Shown here one piece after another: positions 8,898 to 17,278 of a stretch of DNA of 24,000 nucleotides. The position numbers were made by a program, and so were the translations under genes. This DNA comes from Morganella morganii (GTDB taxonomy: Bacteria; Pseudomonadota; Gammaproteobacteria; Enterobacterales; Enterobacteriaceae), in the NCBI RefSeq assembly GCF_019243775.1, contig NZ_CP069157.1, positions 2,467,418-2,491,417 of the forward strand, in the 5' to 3' direction. The number at the start of each line of letters is the position of its first letter. The first letter of the stretch is position 1. The notes below the pieces were generated by a model. That model worked only from the letters and a program-made list of their open reading frames with translations, did not search any database and was not told the DNA's origin.

Positions 8898-9593
8898 TCA
8901 GAAAGATGACCAGAGCAGCGACAGCGGCATCACCAGTACCAGTGCCGGAAGCAGGTTAATCACCGCAAACATTTTAATACCGCAGATCCGAAGCCCGGTC
9001 GCGATTAATAATACCCCGCCCGCTGCGGTAAAGTCCGCCATCATAGCCGGTGTGGTAAACGGCATTAATAACGCACCGCTGCCCGCCAGTACCAGCTGAA
9101 TAATCAGCATCGGTGCGGCAATAACCGACACCGCAATACCCAGTGAGCAGGCAAATATCATCGCGGTGAAAAAATCCATAAAAGCCTTGGTCAGCAGAAC
9201 GGTCGGATCACCGGTCATGCCTTCATGCATCGCCCCGAAAATCCCGGTACCGCTGACACAGAACAGGAATATCAGCACCACATAGTTTTCGATAAAACTT
9301 TCCTGAGCCCCGCCCCGTGCCGGAAGCCGGGTCTTTATTTTACCGGCCACCGCATTAATTTTATTTTCCAGGCAACACAGTTCACCGATAACCGCCCCCA
9401 GCAGCACCGACAACACCATCACCGGCATATTGGCACATTTTATAATCAGCAACACCCCGATGGCGAGCGAGGCCAGGCCGAATACGGAGGGCATCGATGT
9501 CCGGATACGTTCCGGCAGCCGGTGGCTCAGCCCTGCCCCGGCAATTCCGCCAATTAATACTGCGGCGGCATTAATAAAAGGTCCGGTAACCAA
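8898..9593 (-). CDS. DUF554 family membrane protein (YqgA-like)
   Basis: 231 aa with GPFINAAAVLIGGIAGAGLSHRLPERIRTSMPSVFGLASLAIGVLLIIK and ENYVVLIFLFCVSGTGIFGAMHEGMTGDPTVLLTKAFMDFFTAMIFA. Confidence 0.85.
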   Translation of the reverse strand: MVTGPFINAAAVLIGGIAGAGLSHRLPERIRTSMPSVFGLASLAIGVLLIIKCANMPVMVLSVLLGAVIGELCCLENKINAVAGKIKTRLPARGGAQESFIENYVVLIFLFCVSGTGIFGAMHEGMTGDPTVLLTKAFMDFFTAMIFACSLGIAVSVIAAPMLIIQLVLAGSGALLMPFTTPAMMADFTAAGGVLLIATGLRICGIKMFAVINLLPALVLVMPLSLLWSSF

Positions 9594-9701
9594 AGATCAC
9601 TCCTGCTTTTTTTTATTTGAATCTCATTATTATACGGAACCGGTACAATACTGTACGTGTACCCGTCTGCAAAACAGACGCAATAAAATAAAAACCGGGT
9701 A

Positions 9702-9732
9702 TTGACTCTTACGTTACGTAAGGCCGCAGTCT
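9702..9732 (+). promoter_or_regulatory. MerR-family-type overspaced promoter with palindromic operator
   Basis: TTGACT (9702-9707), 19-nt spacer, CAGTCT (9727-9732). The spacer carries palindrome CTTACGT-T-ACGTAAG (9708-9722). Confidence 0.65.
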
Positions 9733-9755
9733 GAGCCGCATTACAGGAGGGAAAT

Positions 9756-9949
9756 ATGTTACTTCAGGTTGGTGAAATTGCTGAGAAGACCGGACTGACA
9801 GTATCGAACGCCTTACCCGGATTCAGATATTGCGGCAGATAGGCGTCAAACTGAAGGACATCGGTAAAATACTCGGGGGTCACGACGGGGATATGGCGAA
9901 TCTGCTGAAAGAGAGAGTCAGTGTATTAACGGCGCAGATGCAGGAATAA
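9756..9949 (+). pseudogene. MerR-family regulator remnant (internal deletion with frameshift, C-terminally short)
   Basis: Start MLLQVGEIAEKTGLTV (frame of 9756), then the frame is lost. Another frame continues ERLTRIQILRQIGVKLKDIGKILGGHDGDMANLLKERVSVLTAQMQE*. The segment expected between the HTH start and RIQ.LRQ.G (the rest of the HTH/wing) is missing. Confidence 0.8.
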
Positions 9950-10066
9950 GAAAGTGTTTCACTGCGTACCGGTGAGCGATGCGACCTCAAATTTGCCTGT
10001 GAACAATTCCGTCTTTTTCTGTCCGGAAAAGTTCCGTGCAACGATTTTCAGGCCGCCATCATTTCG

Positions 10067-10294
10067 TTACCCTTTTTTAATTTCCATCCGCCATTGCGCA
10101 TCACCGATTTGTTCAAAATCAGTAACTTCATGGCCGGCTTCTGCCGCCCAGCGAGGAATATTTTCCGTCGCCTGAGCGCAATCGTATTTGATGACCAGTA
10201 CATCACCGGTCGCTAATGTTTCAATGGCTTTTTTTGCTTCAATTAACGGAAAGGGGCACAGGTGCCCGCGGGTATCTAATTCCAGCGTATTCAT
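10067..10294 (-). CDS. yedF: TusA/SirA-family sulfurtransferase-like protein YedF
   Basis: 75 aa with LDTRGHLCPFPLIEAKKAIETLATGDVLVIKYDCAQATENIPRWAAEAGHEV; CPxP motif, adjacent to yedE. Confidence 0.9.
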   Translation of the reverse strand: MNTLELDTRGHLCPFPLIEAKKAIETLATGDVLVIKYDCAQATENIPRWAAEAGHEVTDFEQIGDAQWRMEIKKG

Positions 10295-10306
10295 AGTTTC
10301 ACCTTA

Positions 10307-11353
10307 TTACTTTATTTTCTGAGGACGTATGATCGTAAAATAACTGACAATCCAGCTGCCGGCGATAATGCAGGGAATAAACGCCCAGCCCTGCCAGGAG
10401 AACCAGGCCGTATTGACTAAGGTATTTCCCAGCATACAGCCGCCGGCCAGGCCGCTGCCGATACCCATGAGTAATCCGCCGGTCAGGCTTTTTATCATCA
10501 CGGGAAAACCCGGGTTGCGGAAACGAAATTCCCGGCTGCCTTTTGCGGCGATAAACGCCCCGGCAAAAATCCCGATCAGCAGATAACCCGCCCAGTTAAA
10601 GAATTTCAGGTCGCCGGCCGTCACCAGTGAAAATAATTGTGCGCTCGGGCCGCTGATCCCTAACCCGCCGACACGTCCGTCCGCCAGGCTTGAAGGCCAG
10701 GCAAGCAGAGCAATGACACCAATTATCAGGGCAGAAACAAACGGATGCCAGCGGGCTTCAAACAGCAGGTGAGCGACCCCGGTTTTCCGGGCTTTCATTT
10801 TGGGAATGTGAACAGATTTGTATTTATTCAGGTGACGATTCACCAGAAAAACCGTCAGCAGCACCAAAACAATAATCGCGATATACGGCGGGATATTCAG
10901 TGATTGTGTGATAGTCGGGGAATCCAGCTTCGGTGTGGTAACCGGAGAAAAGACCTGTTTTACGGCAGACTGACGGATAAACCAGCTGGCAATAATAAAA
11001 CCGCCGACGGCTGTAATGCTGCCTGCCAATCCTTCCGCAGCCCGGTAATAAGCACCGGTTGAGCAGGACCCGGCAAATGCCATCCCCATGCCAAAAAGTA
11101 ATCCGCCGGCCAGAGTTGCCAGCCAGGGAAATGTGCCTCCGGGGATTTTTGCAATACCGAAATAAGAAAAAATGAAGAGTCCGATACTCTGGACAGAGAT
11201 GACAATCAGAATAGCAATCAGCATTCTGCTGTCGCGAAAGAGATAGAGATCACGCAAACCACCGGCTAAACAAAAGCGGCCGCGCTGCATAACAAAACCC
11301 AGTAATACCCCTAAGAATAAACCGGATAGATGAGATAAACTTATCATAGACAT
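10307..11353 (-). CDS. yedE: YedE/YeeE-type membrane transporter (selenium/thiosulfate-associated)
   Basis: 348 aa with RGRFCLAGGLRDLYLFRD, GMAFAGSCSTGAYYRAAEGLAGS, FRNPGFPVMIKSLTGGLLMGIGSGLAGGCMLGNTLVNTAWFSWQGW; the YedE motif set. Confidence 0.9.
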   Translation of the reverse strand: MSMISLSHLSGLFLGVLLGFVMQRGRFCLAGGLRDLYLFRDSRMLIAILIVISVQSIGLFIFSYFGIAKIPGGTFPWLATLAGGLLFGMGMAFAGSCSTGAYYRAAEGLAGSITAVGGFIIASWFIRQSAVKQVFSPVTTPKLDSPTITQSLNIPPYIAIIVLVLLTVFLVNRHLNKYKSVHIPKMKARKTGVAHLLFEARWHPFVSALIIGVIALLAWPSSLADGRVGGLGISGPSAQLFSLVTAGDLKFFNWAGYLLIGIFAGAFIAAKGSREFRFRNPGFPVMIKSLTGGLLMGIGSGLAGGCMLGNTLVNTAWFSWQGWAFIPCIIAGSWIVSYFTIIRPQKIK

Positions 11354-11559
11354 CGCTCCTTTAAGACCGTTATCTTAGCGAAATATCTTTTTGATTATTT
11401 GAGGAAAATCACAGAAAACGGAAATATTGTTTTTATGTGCGGAGGAGATAACCGGCAGGAGGACATTTTCCGGCTGACGATGACACCAGTAATCACAGGG
11501 GACTCATCTGCATCCGGCGGCTGCAGGCTTTTTGTGTTTCATTCAGCAATGATGTGGTA

Positions 11560-11595
11560 TAAAAAACCACAGAGTGCTGTAAAACACCCTGTGGT
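11560..11595 (-). terminator. Rho-independent terminator downstream of fdhF-like gene
   Basis: Minus strand reads ACCACAGGGTGTTTTACAGCACTCTGTGGTTTTTTA: 7-bp stem plus 3-bp extension across one mismatch, then a T6 tract. Confidence 0.8.
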
Positions 11596-11619
11596 CACAT
11601 GGTATTAAATGTATTCCGT

Positions 11620-13788
11620 TTATTGAATCTGGCTTTCTGCTGTTTCAACTAAACCGATTAACCGGTTCCGCATGACAGCATATTTTTCTTTGACTAGAGC
11701 TTCGGCCTCTTTCTGATTATCAATTCTGATCACTCTCGCCGCACAGTATTTAGTTTCCGGTGTTTTGGATACCGGATCCAGATTATCCTGTGTCAGTTCA
11801 TTACAGGCACCAATCCACCACTGATATGTCATATAAACCGCTGGTTTATTAATCGTTTCATTGATACTGCACCGGGACATCACTTTCCCTCTGCGTGACT
11901 CCACCCACACAATATCCTGGTCTTTAATTCCCAGCTTTCCTGCGGTTTCCGGATGCATCTGCACATATCCCGGTTCGTCAGCCAGAGATGCCAGCGCCTT
12001 ACAGTTACCGGTCATAGAACGGCATGAATAGTGCCCGACCTCACGGACAGTGGAAAGGATCAGCGGATATTCATCATCCGGCAGTTCCGCCGGCTTCCGC
12101 CACGGTGCGGCAAACAGCAGTCCTTTGCCTGACGGGGTATCAAAGATGTTATTCTGATAGAGGTATGGTGTCCCCGGATGATCTTCTGACGGGCACGGCC
12201 ACTGAATATGTGCCAGCCCTTCCAGTTTTTCATAGGTGACACCATAAAACAGCGGACACAGTTCTCTGAGTTCATCCCAAATCTCTTTGTTGTCAGTATA
12301 AGACATCGGGTATCCCATCTCTGTCGCCAGCAGACTGATAATTTCCCAGTCCCGTTTTACATTTCCCTGTGGTTCAATGGCTTTCTCAAACCGCTGAAAG
12401 CCCCTGTCCGCGCAGGTAAAGATACCGCCGTGCTCACCCCAGCTGGTTGACGGCAGAATAACATCGGCCTGCTCCGCTGTTTTGGTCATAAAGATATCCT
12501 GCACCACCACAAATTCCAGGGCATCAAACCCATTGCGGACGAGTTGTAAATCCGCTTCTGTCTGCAGCGGATCCTCCCCCATGATGTAATAGGCTTTTAC
12601 CTTTCCCTCAATGGCCAGATGCGGGACTTCCGTAATACGGTAGCCCGCCTCAGGGTCAAGGGATTCATACGGGATCCCCCATGCCTGCGCAAATTTACGT
12701 CTGACATTTTCATCTGTCACATTCTGATAGCCGGGGAACATATTAGGCAGTACCCCCATATCACAGGCACCCTGAACATTATTCTGCCCTCTGACCGGTG
12801 CAACCCCCACACCGGGTTTTCCCAGATTGCCGGTTAATAACGCCAGTCCGGAAAGGCCTTTGACGACATCCACCGCCTGCCCGAATTGTGTCACCCCCAT
12901 CCCCCACATAATGGTTGCGGTTTTTGCACGCGCATAGGTTCTCATCGCCTGACGGATTTGTGAGGCCGGAATGCCGGTAATATCCTGAACCACTTCAGGG
13001 CTGTAATCCTGAACGGCTTTTTTGTACTCCTCAAATCCCTCTGTAAACCGGCTGACATAATTTTTGTCATACAGATTTTCATCAATTAAGGTATAGGCGA
13101 ACGCATTAACCAGCGCCATATTGGTACCGTTCCGCAGAGGAAGGTATTGTGTGGCAATTTTAGCTGTTTCTATTTTTCTCGGGTCGCAGACAATAATTTC
13201 CGCCCCGTTCTCTTTTGCTTTTATCACCCGGCGGGCGACAATAGGATGAGAATCCGCACAGTTATACCCGAATACCAGCAGGCAACCGGAGTGTTCAATA
13301 TCCGCGATGGAATTGCTCATTGCCCCGTTACCCAATGTCACCTGTAATCCGGCCACTGACGGGCCGTGACACACACGGGCACAGCAATCCACATTGTTGT
13401 TACCCAATACTGCACGGGCAAATTTCTGCATCACAAAGTTGGTTTCATTGCCGGTTCCGCGTGAGGAGCCCGTACACATAATGGATTTTGCACCGTACTT
13501 TTCTTTGATCTGTTTCAGCCGGTGAGCGGTATAATTAATCGCCTCCCGCCAGCTGACAACTTCAAACGGTGCACCTTTTTCTCTGCGGATCATCGGCTGA
13601 TTTATTCTGGCTGTCAGTAACTTGTTATCATTAAGAAAATCCCAGCCATATAACCCTTTCAGACACAGCTGCCCCTGGTTGGTAACACCATCAGCACCTT
13701 CTGCTTTGATTATTTTTCCGTTTTCAACACAAAGATTCAGTTTACAACCGGCGCCACAATACGGGCATACAGATATGACTTTATTCAT
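11620..13788 (-). CDS. fdhF: Formate dehydrogenase H-like molybdopterin oxidoreductase, cysteine-containing variant
   Basis: MNKVISVCPYCGAGCKLNLCVENGKIIKAEGADGVTNQGQLCLKG (4Fe-4S motif), GSSRGTGNETNFVMQKFARAVLGNNNVDCCARVCHGPSVAG, MGVTQFGQAVDVVKGLSGLALLTGNLGKPGVGVAPVRGQNNVQGACDMG; very similar to E. coli FdhF throughout. Start chosen at 13788 (RBS AAGGA) rather than 13986. Confidence 0.93.
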   Translation of the reverse strand: MNKVISVCPYCGAGCKLNLCVENGKIIKAEGADGVTNQGQLCLKGLYGWDFLNDNKLLTARINQPMIRREKGAPFEVVSWREAINYTAHRLKQIKEKYGAKSIMCTGSSRGTGNETNFVMQKFARAVLGNNNVDCCARVCHGPSVAGLQVTLGNGAMSNSIADIEHSGCLLVFGYNCADSHPIVARRVIKAKENGAEIIVCDPRKIETAKIATQYLPLRNGTNMALVNAFAYTLIDENLYDKNYVSRFTEGFEEYKKAVQDYSPEVVQDITGIPASQIRQAMRTYARAKTATIMWGMGVTQFGQAVDVVKGLSGLALLTGNLGKPGVGVAPVRGQNNVQGACDMGVLPNMFPGYQNVTDENVRRKFAQAWGIPYESLDPEAGYRITEVPHLAIEGKVKAYYIMGEDPLQTEADLQLVRNGFDALEFVVVQDIFMTKTAEQADVILPSTSWGEHGGIFTCADRGFQRFEKAIEPQGNVKRDWEIISLLATEMGYPMSYTDNKEIWDELRELCPLFYGVTYEKLEGLAHIQWPCPSEDHPGTPYLYQNNIFDTPSGKGLLFAAPWRKPAELPDDEYPLILSTVREVGHYSCRSMTGNCKALASLADEPGYVQMHPETAGKLGIKDQDIVWVESRRGKVMSRCSINETINKPAVYMTYQWWIGACNELTQDNLDPVSKTPETKYCAARVIRIDNQKEAEALVKEKYAVMRNRLIGLVETAESQIQ

Positions 13789-13844
13789 TTGACGTCCTTT
13801 CCCCTGACCAGGGAGTAAAAGAGTAAGAAAAGAAATGTCATCTA

Positions 13845-13860
13845 TGCATATTACATGCCA
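13845..13860 (-). promoter_or_regulatory. Sigma54 (RpoN) -24/-12 promoter of fdhF-like gene
   Basis: Minus strand reads TGGCATGTAATATGCA, with GG-N10-GC spacing matching TGGCAC-N5-TTGCA, about 57 nt upstream of the start codon. Confidence 0.75.
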
Positions 13861-13924
13861 GTAAAAAATAGCTTTATAATCAATGAAGGATCGGTTTTTT
13901 GATGTGTCAGACAACGATAATCGA

Positions 13925-13940
13925 CATTTTTGACGAAACG
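13925..13940. promoter_or_regulatory. Candidate FhlA-binding upstream activating sequence
   Basis: CATTTTTGACGAAACG matches the recalled FhlA box CATTTCGTACGAAATG at 12 of 16 positions, about 65-80 bp upstream of the -24 element. Confidence 0.45.
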
Positions 13941-14157
13941 GGAAGGGAAATATTGCCGGAAAAAATATTGTGCTAATCAGCAGCATGATGCTGAATGCGG
14001 CGACGTCAGCTTCCGGCCGGAGTGGACAGTCCGCCTGAAGAAAATTATCTGAGAAAACTGTTTCGGTTCAGGGAACAGAGAAACCTTTTATTTATCACGG
14101 ATAATTTTTTGTGAGAAAATCACACTTTATTACCATTAAATTAAGGGTATCTGAGGG

Positions 14158-14640
14158 ATGAAAATTTTCGGTATTATTGTCGTTACAATCGGATGTATTT
14201 TATTACAAGGCTGCGATACTCAGGAAACGAAAGTCGTAAAATATATGAAGTGCAGGATTGCCGTTGATGAAATCGGAGATCAACAAGCGAAGGTTAATTT
14301 TCGCATGAATGGGGTAACATCTGTTTTTGGTGATGAAATACCTAAAATGAGCGGTTACGATAGTATGCGTTTACAGCAGGAAGCAAGAGATGATTTAAAA
14401 ATGGATGTTCCGAACAAAAGACTCTCTGTGGAAAATTTAATCGATGAATATGAAAAAAGCTACTGTGCAGATATTCATCAGTCGCCGCAAAAAGGAAAAA
14501 ATAAAAGAACTGAAATATATTTTAAACCTCTAACATTGTTAAAAGTTAAACATAAAACTCCGGTGACCCAATACGGAACGAATCAGACAAAGCGAAGTGG
14601 CACCATCATAATATCACGCCCTGCACTCTGTTATATCTGA
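14158..14640 (+). CDS. Putative small lipoprotein of unknown function
   Basis: 160 aa MKIFGIIVVTIGCILLQGCDTQETKVV...; signal peptide with lipobox LLQG|C; RBS-like GAGGG before ATG; four further cysteines. Confidence 0.65.
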   Translation: MKIFGIIVVTIGCILLQGCDTQETKVVKYMKCRIAVDEIGDQQAKVNFRMNGVTSVFGDEIPKMSGYDSMRLQQEARDDLKMDVPNKRLSVENLIDEYEKSYCADIHQSPQKGKNKRTEIYFKPLTLLKVKHKTPVTQYGTNQTKRSGTIIISRPALCYI

Positions 14641-14765
14641 CTTCAGCGAAATTCATACTGTGCAGTTTGGTGAGGTTTTCGCTGATAGCCGGGCAAATAA
14701 CGTTACTGTAAGGAATGATTTATCAGGAATTGAGAGACTTCAGGAGATACTGGGAGACGTTGAGA

Positions 14766-14853
14766 TGGCGGAGGAGGAGAGATTCGAACTCTCGGACGGT
14801 TTCCCGTCGGCGGTTTTCAAGACCGCTGCCTTAAGCCGCTCGGCCACCCCTCC
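14766..14853 (-). tRNA. serT: tRNA-Ser (anticodon TGA)
   Basis: Minus strand reads GGAGGGGTGGCCGAGCGGCTTAAGGCAGCGGTCTTGAAAACCGCCGACGGGAAACCGTCCGAGAGTTCGAATCTCTCCTCCTCCGCCA. Acceptor, D, anticodon, long variable and T arms are all present, with an encoded CCA. Confidence 0.97.
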
Positions 14854-15044
14854 GCAATGACGTGCACTATAGTCCCCTCACTGTGCCTTGTAAAGTCCCG
14901 GATAGTTTAAATGCCGGAAATTTAGTCATTTCTCAATGTGTTAGCTGATTTTATCATCATTATCACCGCTTTCTTTCTTCTGATGCTTGGGGTAGCGGCA
15001 GATTTTTGCTACATTTTCATTCTCATTTTCAGCAGGTTCAGATT

Positions 15045-15374
15045 ATGTTTGTGTTTGAAGGGCGTGAAATCGCCACTGACCCCCACGGCTATTTACTCAA
15101 TGTGCAGGACTGGCAGGAAGCAATGGTGCCGCTGCTGGCTGAACAGGAAGAAATCACCCTGACAGAACAGCACTGGGAAGTTATCCGCTTTGTGCGGGAT
15201 TTTTATCTGGAATTTAATACCTCACCGGCTATCCGCATGCTGGTGAAAGCCATCACACAGAAGTATGGCGAGGAGCGCGGGAACAGTCGTTATCTGTACC
15301 GCCTGTTTCCGAAAGGCCCGGCCAAACAGGCAACAAAGCTGGCCGGTCTGCCGAAACCGGTGAAATGTATCTGA
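15045..15374 (+). CDS. tusE: TusE/DsrC-family sulfurtransferase
   Basis: [70 protein letters not shown]...[30 protein letters not shown]; TusE with conserved C-terminal C. Confidence 0.93.
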   Translation: MFVFEGREIATDPHGYLLNVQDWQEAMVPLLAEQEEITLTEQHWEVIRFVRDFYLEFNTSPAIRMLVKAITQKYGEERGNSRYLYRLFPKGPAKQATKLAGLPKPVKCI

Positions 15375-15381
15375 CCGCCGT

Positions 15382-15660
15382 TTATTCGTGGCGGACACGG
15401 AATACCGCAACTTCCCTGTAATCACAGGGGGTTGCGATGATATCTGTCACTTTCGCCCCCGGCGGCCCGCCCGCCTCCAGCCATGCGGTCATGGCCTCCA
15501 GCACACTTTCATCGCCATACGCTTCAATTTCCACACTGCCATCCTGACGATTGCGGACAAAACCGGTCACATTATGGCGTTTTGCCCAGTAAAACGTTTG
15601 ATAGCGGAAACCAACGCCCTGAACGCGTCCGTATACGGCAAAATGTCGTCCGATCTTCAT
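15382..15660 (-). CDS. yccX: Acylphosphatase
   Basis: 92 aa with YGRVQGVGFRYQTFYWAKRHNVTGFVRNRQDGSVEIEAYG; classic acylphosphatase motif. Confidence 0.95.
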   Translation of the reverse strand: MKIGRHFAVYGRVQGVGFRYQTFYWAKRHNVTGFVRNRQDGSVEIEAYGDESVLEAMTAWLEAGGPPGAKVTDIIATPCDYREVAVFRVRHE

Positions 15661-15862
15661 TATATCGCTCCTTTTTCCGAAAATGTCACTATTTTAATCT
15701 GTATCGCTGTCCGCCGGTTGTAATTTTACCCACTCCCCGATAACCTGAAATTGTCAGCTATTGCTGATTGCAGTGATAGGAAACAACAATCTGTTAAGGG
15801 ATTGAATCTGTCATCAGTACCCCCCATATTAGTAACAGAGCAAAGTTTCTTCGGAGGTGATT

Positions 15863-16183
15863 ATGATGATTTCAAGTAAGTTCGGTATCGGACAACAAGT
15901 TCGCCATAAGCTGCTTGGCTACCTGGGCGTGATTGTCGACATTGATGCTGAATACTCACTGGATCAGCCGGAAGAGGACGACATCGCATCCAATATGAAC
16001 CTGCGCTCTGCGCCCTGGTACCACGTCGTGATGGAAGACGATAACGGTGAGCCTATCCATAGCTATCTGGCAGAAGCCCAGATCACCTATGAGATGGATG
16101 AAGACCACCCCGATAACATCACTATGGATGAACTGGCTGAGTCCATCCGCAACCAGTTACAGTCTCCCCGGTTGCGCAATTAA
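15863..16183 (+). CDS. hspQ: Heat shock protein HspQ (hemimethylated DNA-binding YccV family)
   Basis: [30 protein letters not shown]...[28 protein letters not shown]; RBS GGAGG. Confidence 0.93.
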   Translation: MMISSKFGIGQQVRHKLLGYLGVIVDIDAEYSLDQPEEDDIASNMNLRSAPWYHVVMEDDNGEPIHSYLAEAQITYEMDEDHPDNITMDELAESIRNQLQSPRLRN

Positions 16184-16193
16184 CAATACGAAG

Positions 16194-16228
16194 AGCCCCG
16201 CCACTCACATGCCGGGGCTTTATTTTTA
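16194..16228 (+). terminator. Rho-independent terminator after hspQ
   Basis: AGCCCCG ccactcacatgc CGGGGCT TTATTTTT. Confidence 0.85.
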
Positions 16229-16229
16229 C

Positions 16230-16643
16230 TTACTTTTCCAGCCCCAGACGCGGGATCTCAATTTTCGGGCAGCGATCCTCAACAAACAGCAGCCCGGCGT
16301 TTTCCGCCAGCGCTTTCGCCTCACTGCTGATAATCCCCTGCTGCAGCCACAGCACTTTCGCTTTTATGGCAATCGCTTCCTGCGCAATACCCGGTGCGGC
16401 ATCCGCATTACGGAAAACATCCACCATATCCACCGGCTCCGGAATATCGGCAAGCGTGGCATACACCATCTGCCCGATCAGGGTTTTTCCCGCCAGTTTC
16501 GGATTCACCGGAATCACCCGGTATCCCTGTCCCAGCAGATACTCCATCACATGATAAACAGGGCGGTCCGGTTTATCACTCGCCCCCGCCACAGCGATCG
16601 TTTTTACCTGCTGAAGAATACCGGTCAGAAATGTGTCATTCAT
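16230..16643 (-). CDS. yccU: CoA-binding domain protein YccU
   Basis: MNDTFLTGILQQVKTIAVAGASDKPDRPVYHVMEYLLGQGYRVIPVNPKLAGKTLIGQMVYATLADIPEPVDMVDVFRN; CoA-binding Rossmann protein. The ORF could start at 16673. Confidence 0.9.
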   Translation of the reverse strand: MNDTFLTGILQQVKTIAVAGASDKPDRPVYHVMEYLLGQGYRVIPVNPKLAGKTLIGQMVYATLADIPEPVDMVDVFRNADAAPGIAQEAIAIKAKVLWLQQGIISSEAKALAENAGLLFVEDRCPKIEIPRLGLEK

Positions 16644-16774
16644 AGAAGCCTCTTTTATCATCCTGCGCAACAATCTGAGTTATAGCATACTGAATTGAAA
16701 ATCACCTGTTGGCGGAACCCTTTTTTTCGCTTATGTTATTGAATAACATTTTATTCGCCGGAAAAGAGAGCGTT

Positions 16775-17233
16775 ATGGAATCGACCACCCGAGTACTGAC
16801 CAAGCATAAAAAAATCGCCCTTGTGGCTCATGATCACTATAAAACCAAATTACTGGACTGGGTTAAACGCAATCTGGCTAAATTAGAAGGCCATGAGCTG
16901 TTCGCCACCGGCACTACCGGCAAACTGATCAGCCGCGAAACCGGGCTTGAAATCACCGGCATGCTGAGCGGGCCGATGGGCGGGGATCAGCAGATAGGCT
17001 CAATGATTGCGGAAGGGAAAATTGATGTGCTGATTTTTTTCTGGGATCCGCTCAATGCCGTGCCTCATGACCCGGATGTGAAAGCGCTGCTGCGCCTGGC
17101 GACCGTCTGGAATATCCCGGTGGCAACCAATATGTCCACCGCTGATTTTATTATTCACTCGCCGGATTTCGATAACGATGTGGATATTGTTATTCCGGAT
17201 TACAACCGCTATTTAAGTGAGCGGACTCAGTAA
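16775..17233 (+). CDS. mgsA: Methylglyoxal synthase
   Basis: [52 protein letters not shown]...[56 protein letters not shown]. Confidence 0.97.
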   Translation: MESTTRVLTKHKKIALVAHDHYKTKLLDWVKRNLAKLEGHELFATGTTGKLISRETGLEITGMLSGPMGGDQQIGSMIAEGKIDVLIFFWDPLNAVPHDPDVKALLRLATVWNIPVATNMSTADFIIHSPDFDNDVDIVIPDYNRYLSERTQ

Positions 17234-17278
17234 CGGCTTTCTGCGGCGGTGATAATTTACCGCCGCTTCTTTCATATT

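Noticed and set aside
9664-9680. Hairpin CGTCTG-CAAAA-CAGACG upstream of the MerR-type promoter
   Set aside because: The stem is only six base pairs and there is no T-tract on either strand. It is too weak to call a terminator.
9954-10175. 73-aa plus-strand ORF after the MerR remnant
   Set aside because: It overlaps yedF in antisense and has no recognisable domain. The 9950-10066 stretch could be gene debris but nothing supports a specific identity.
12024-13347. Plus-strand ORFs inside the fdhF-like gene (12024-12239, 12208-12450, 12619-12837, 13147-13347)
   Set aside because: They are antisense to a strongly supported conserved CDS and have no plausible products.
13789-13986. N-terminal extension of the fdhF-like ORF (66 aa upstream of MNKV)
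   Set aside because: It precedes the RBS and overlaps the sigma54 promoter. The homologous protein starts at MNKVISVCPYC, so this is non-coding leader read in frame.
14938-15162. 74-aa plus-strand ORF with a hydrophobic N-terminus upstream of tusE
   Set aside because: It overlaps the start of tusE in another frame and lacks an evident RBS. It looks like an AT-rich intergenic reading artefact.
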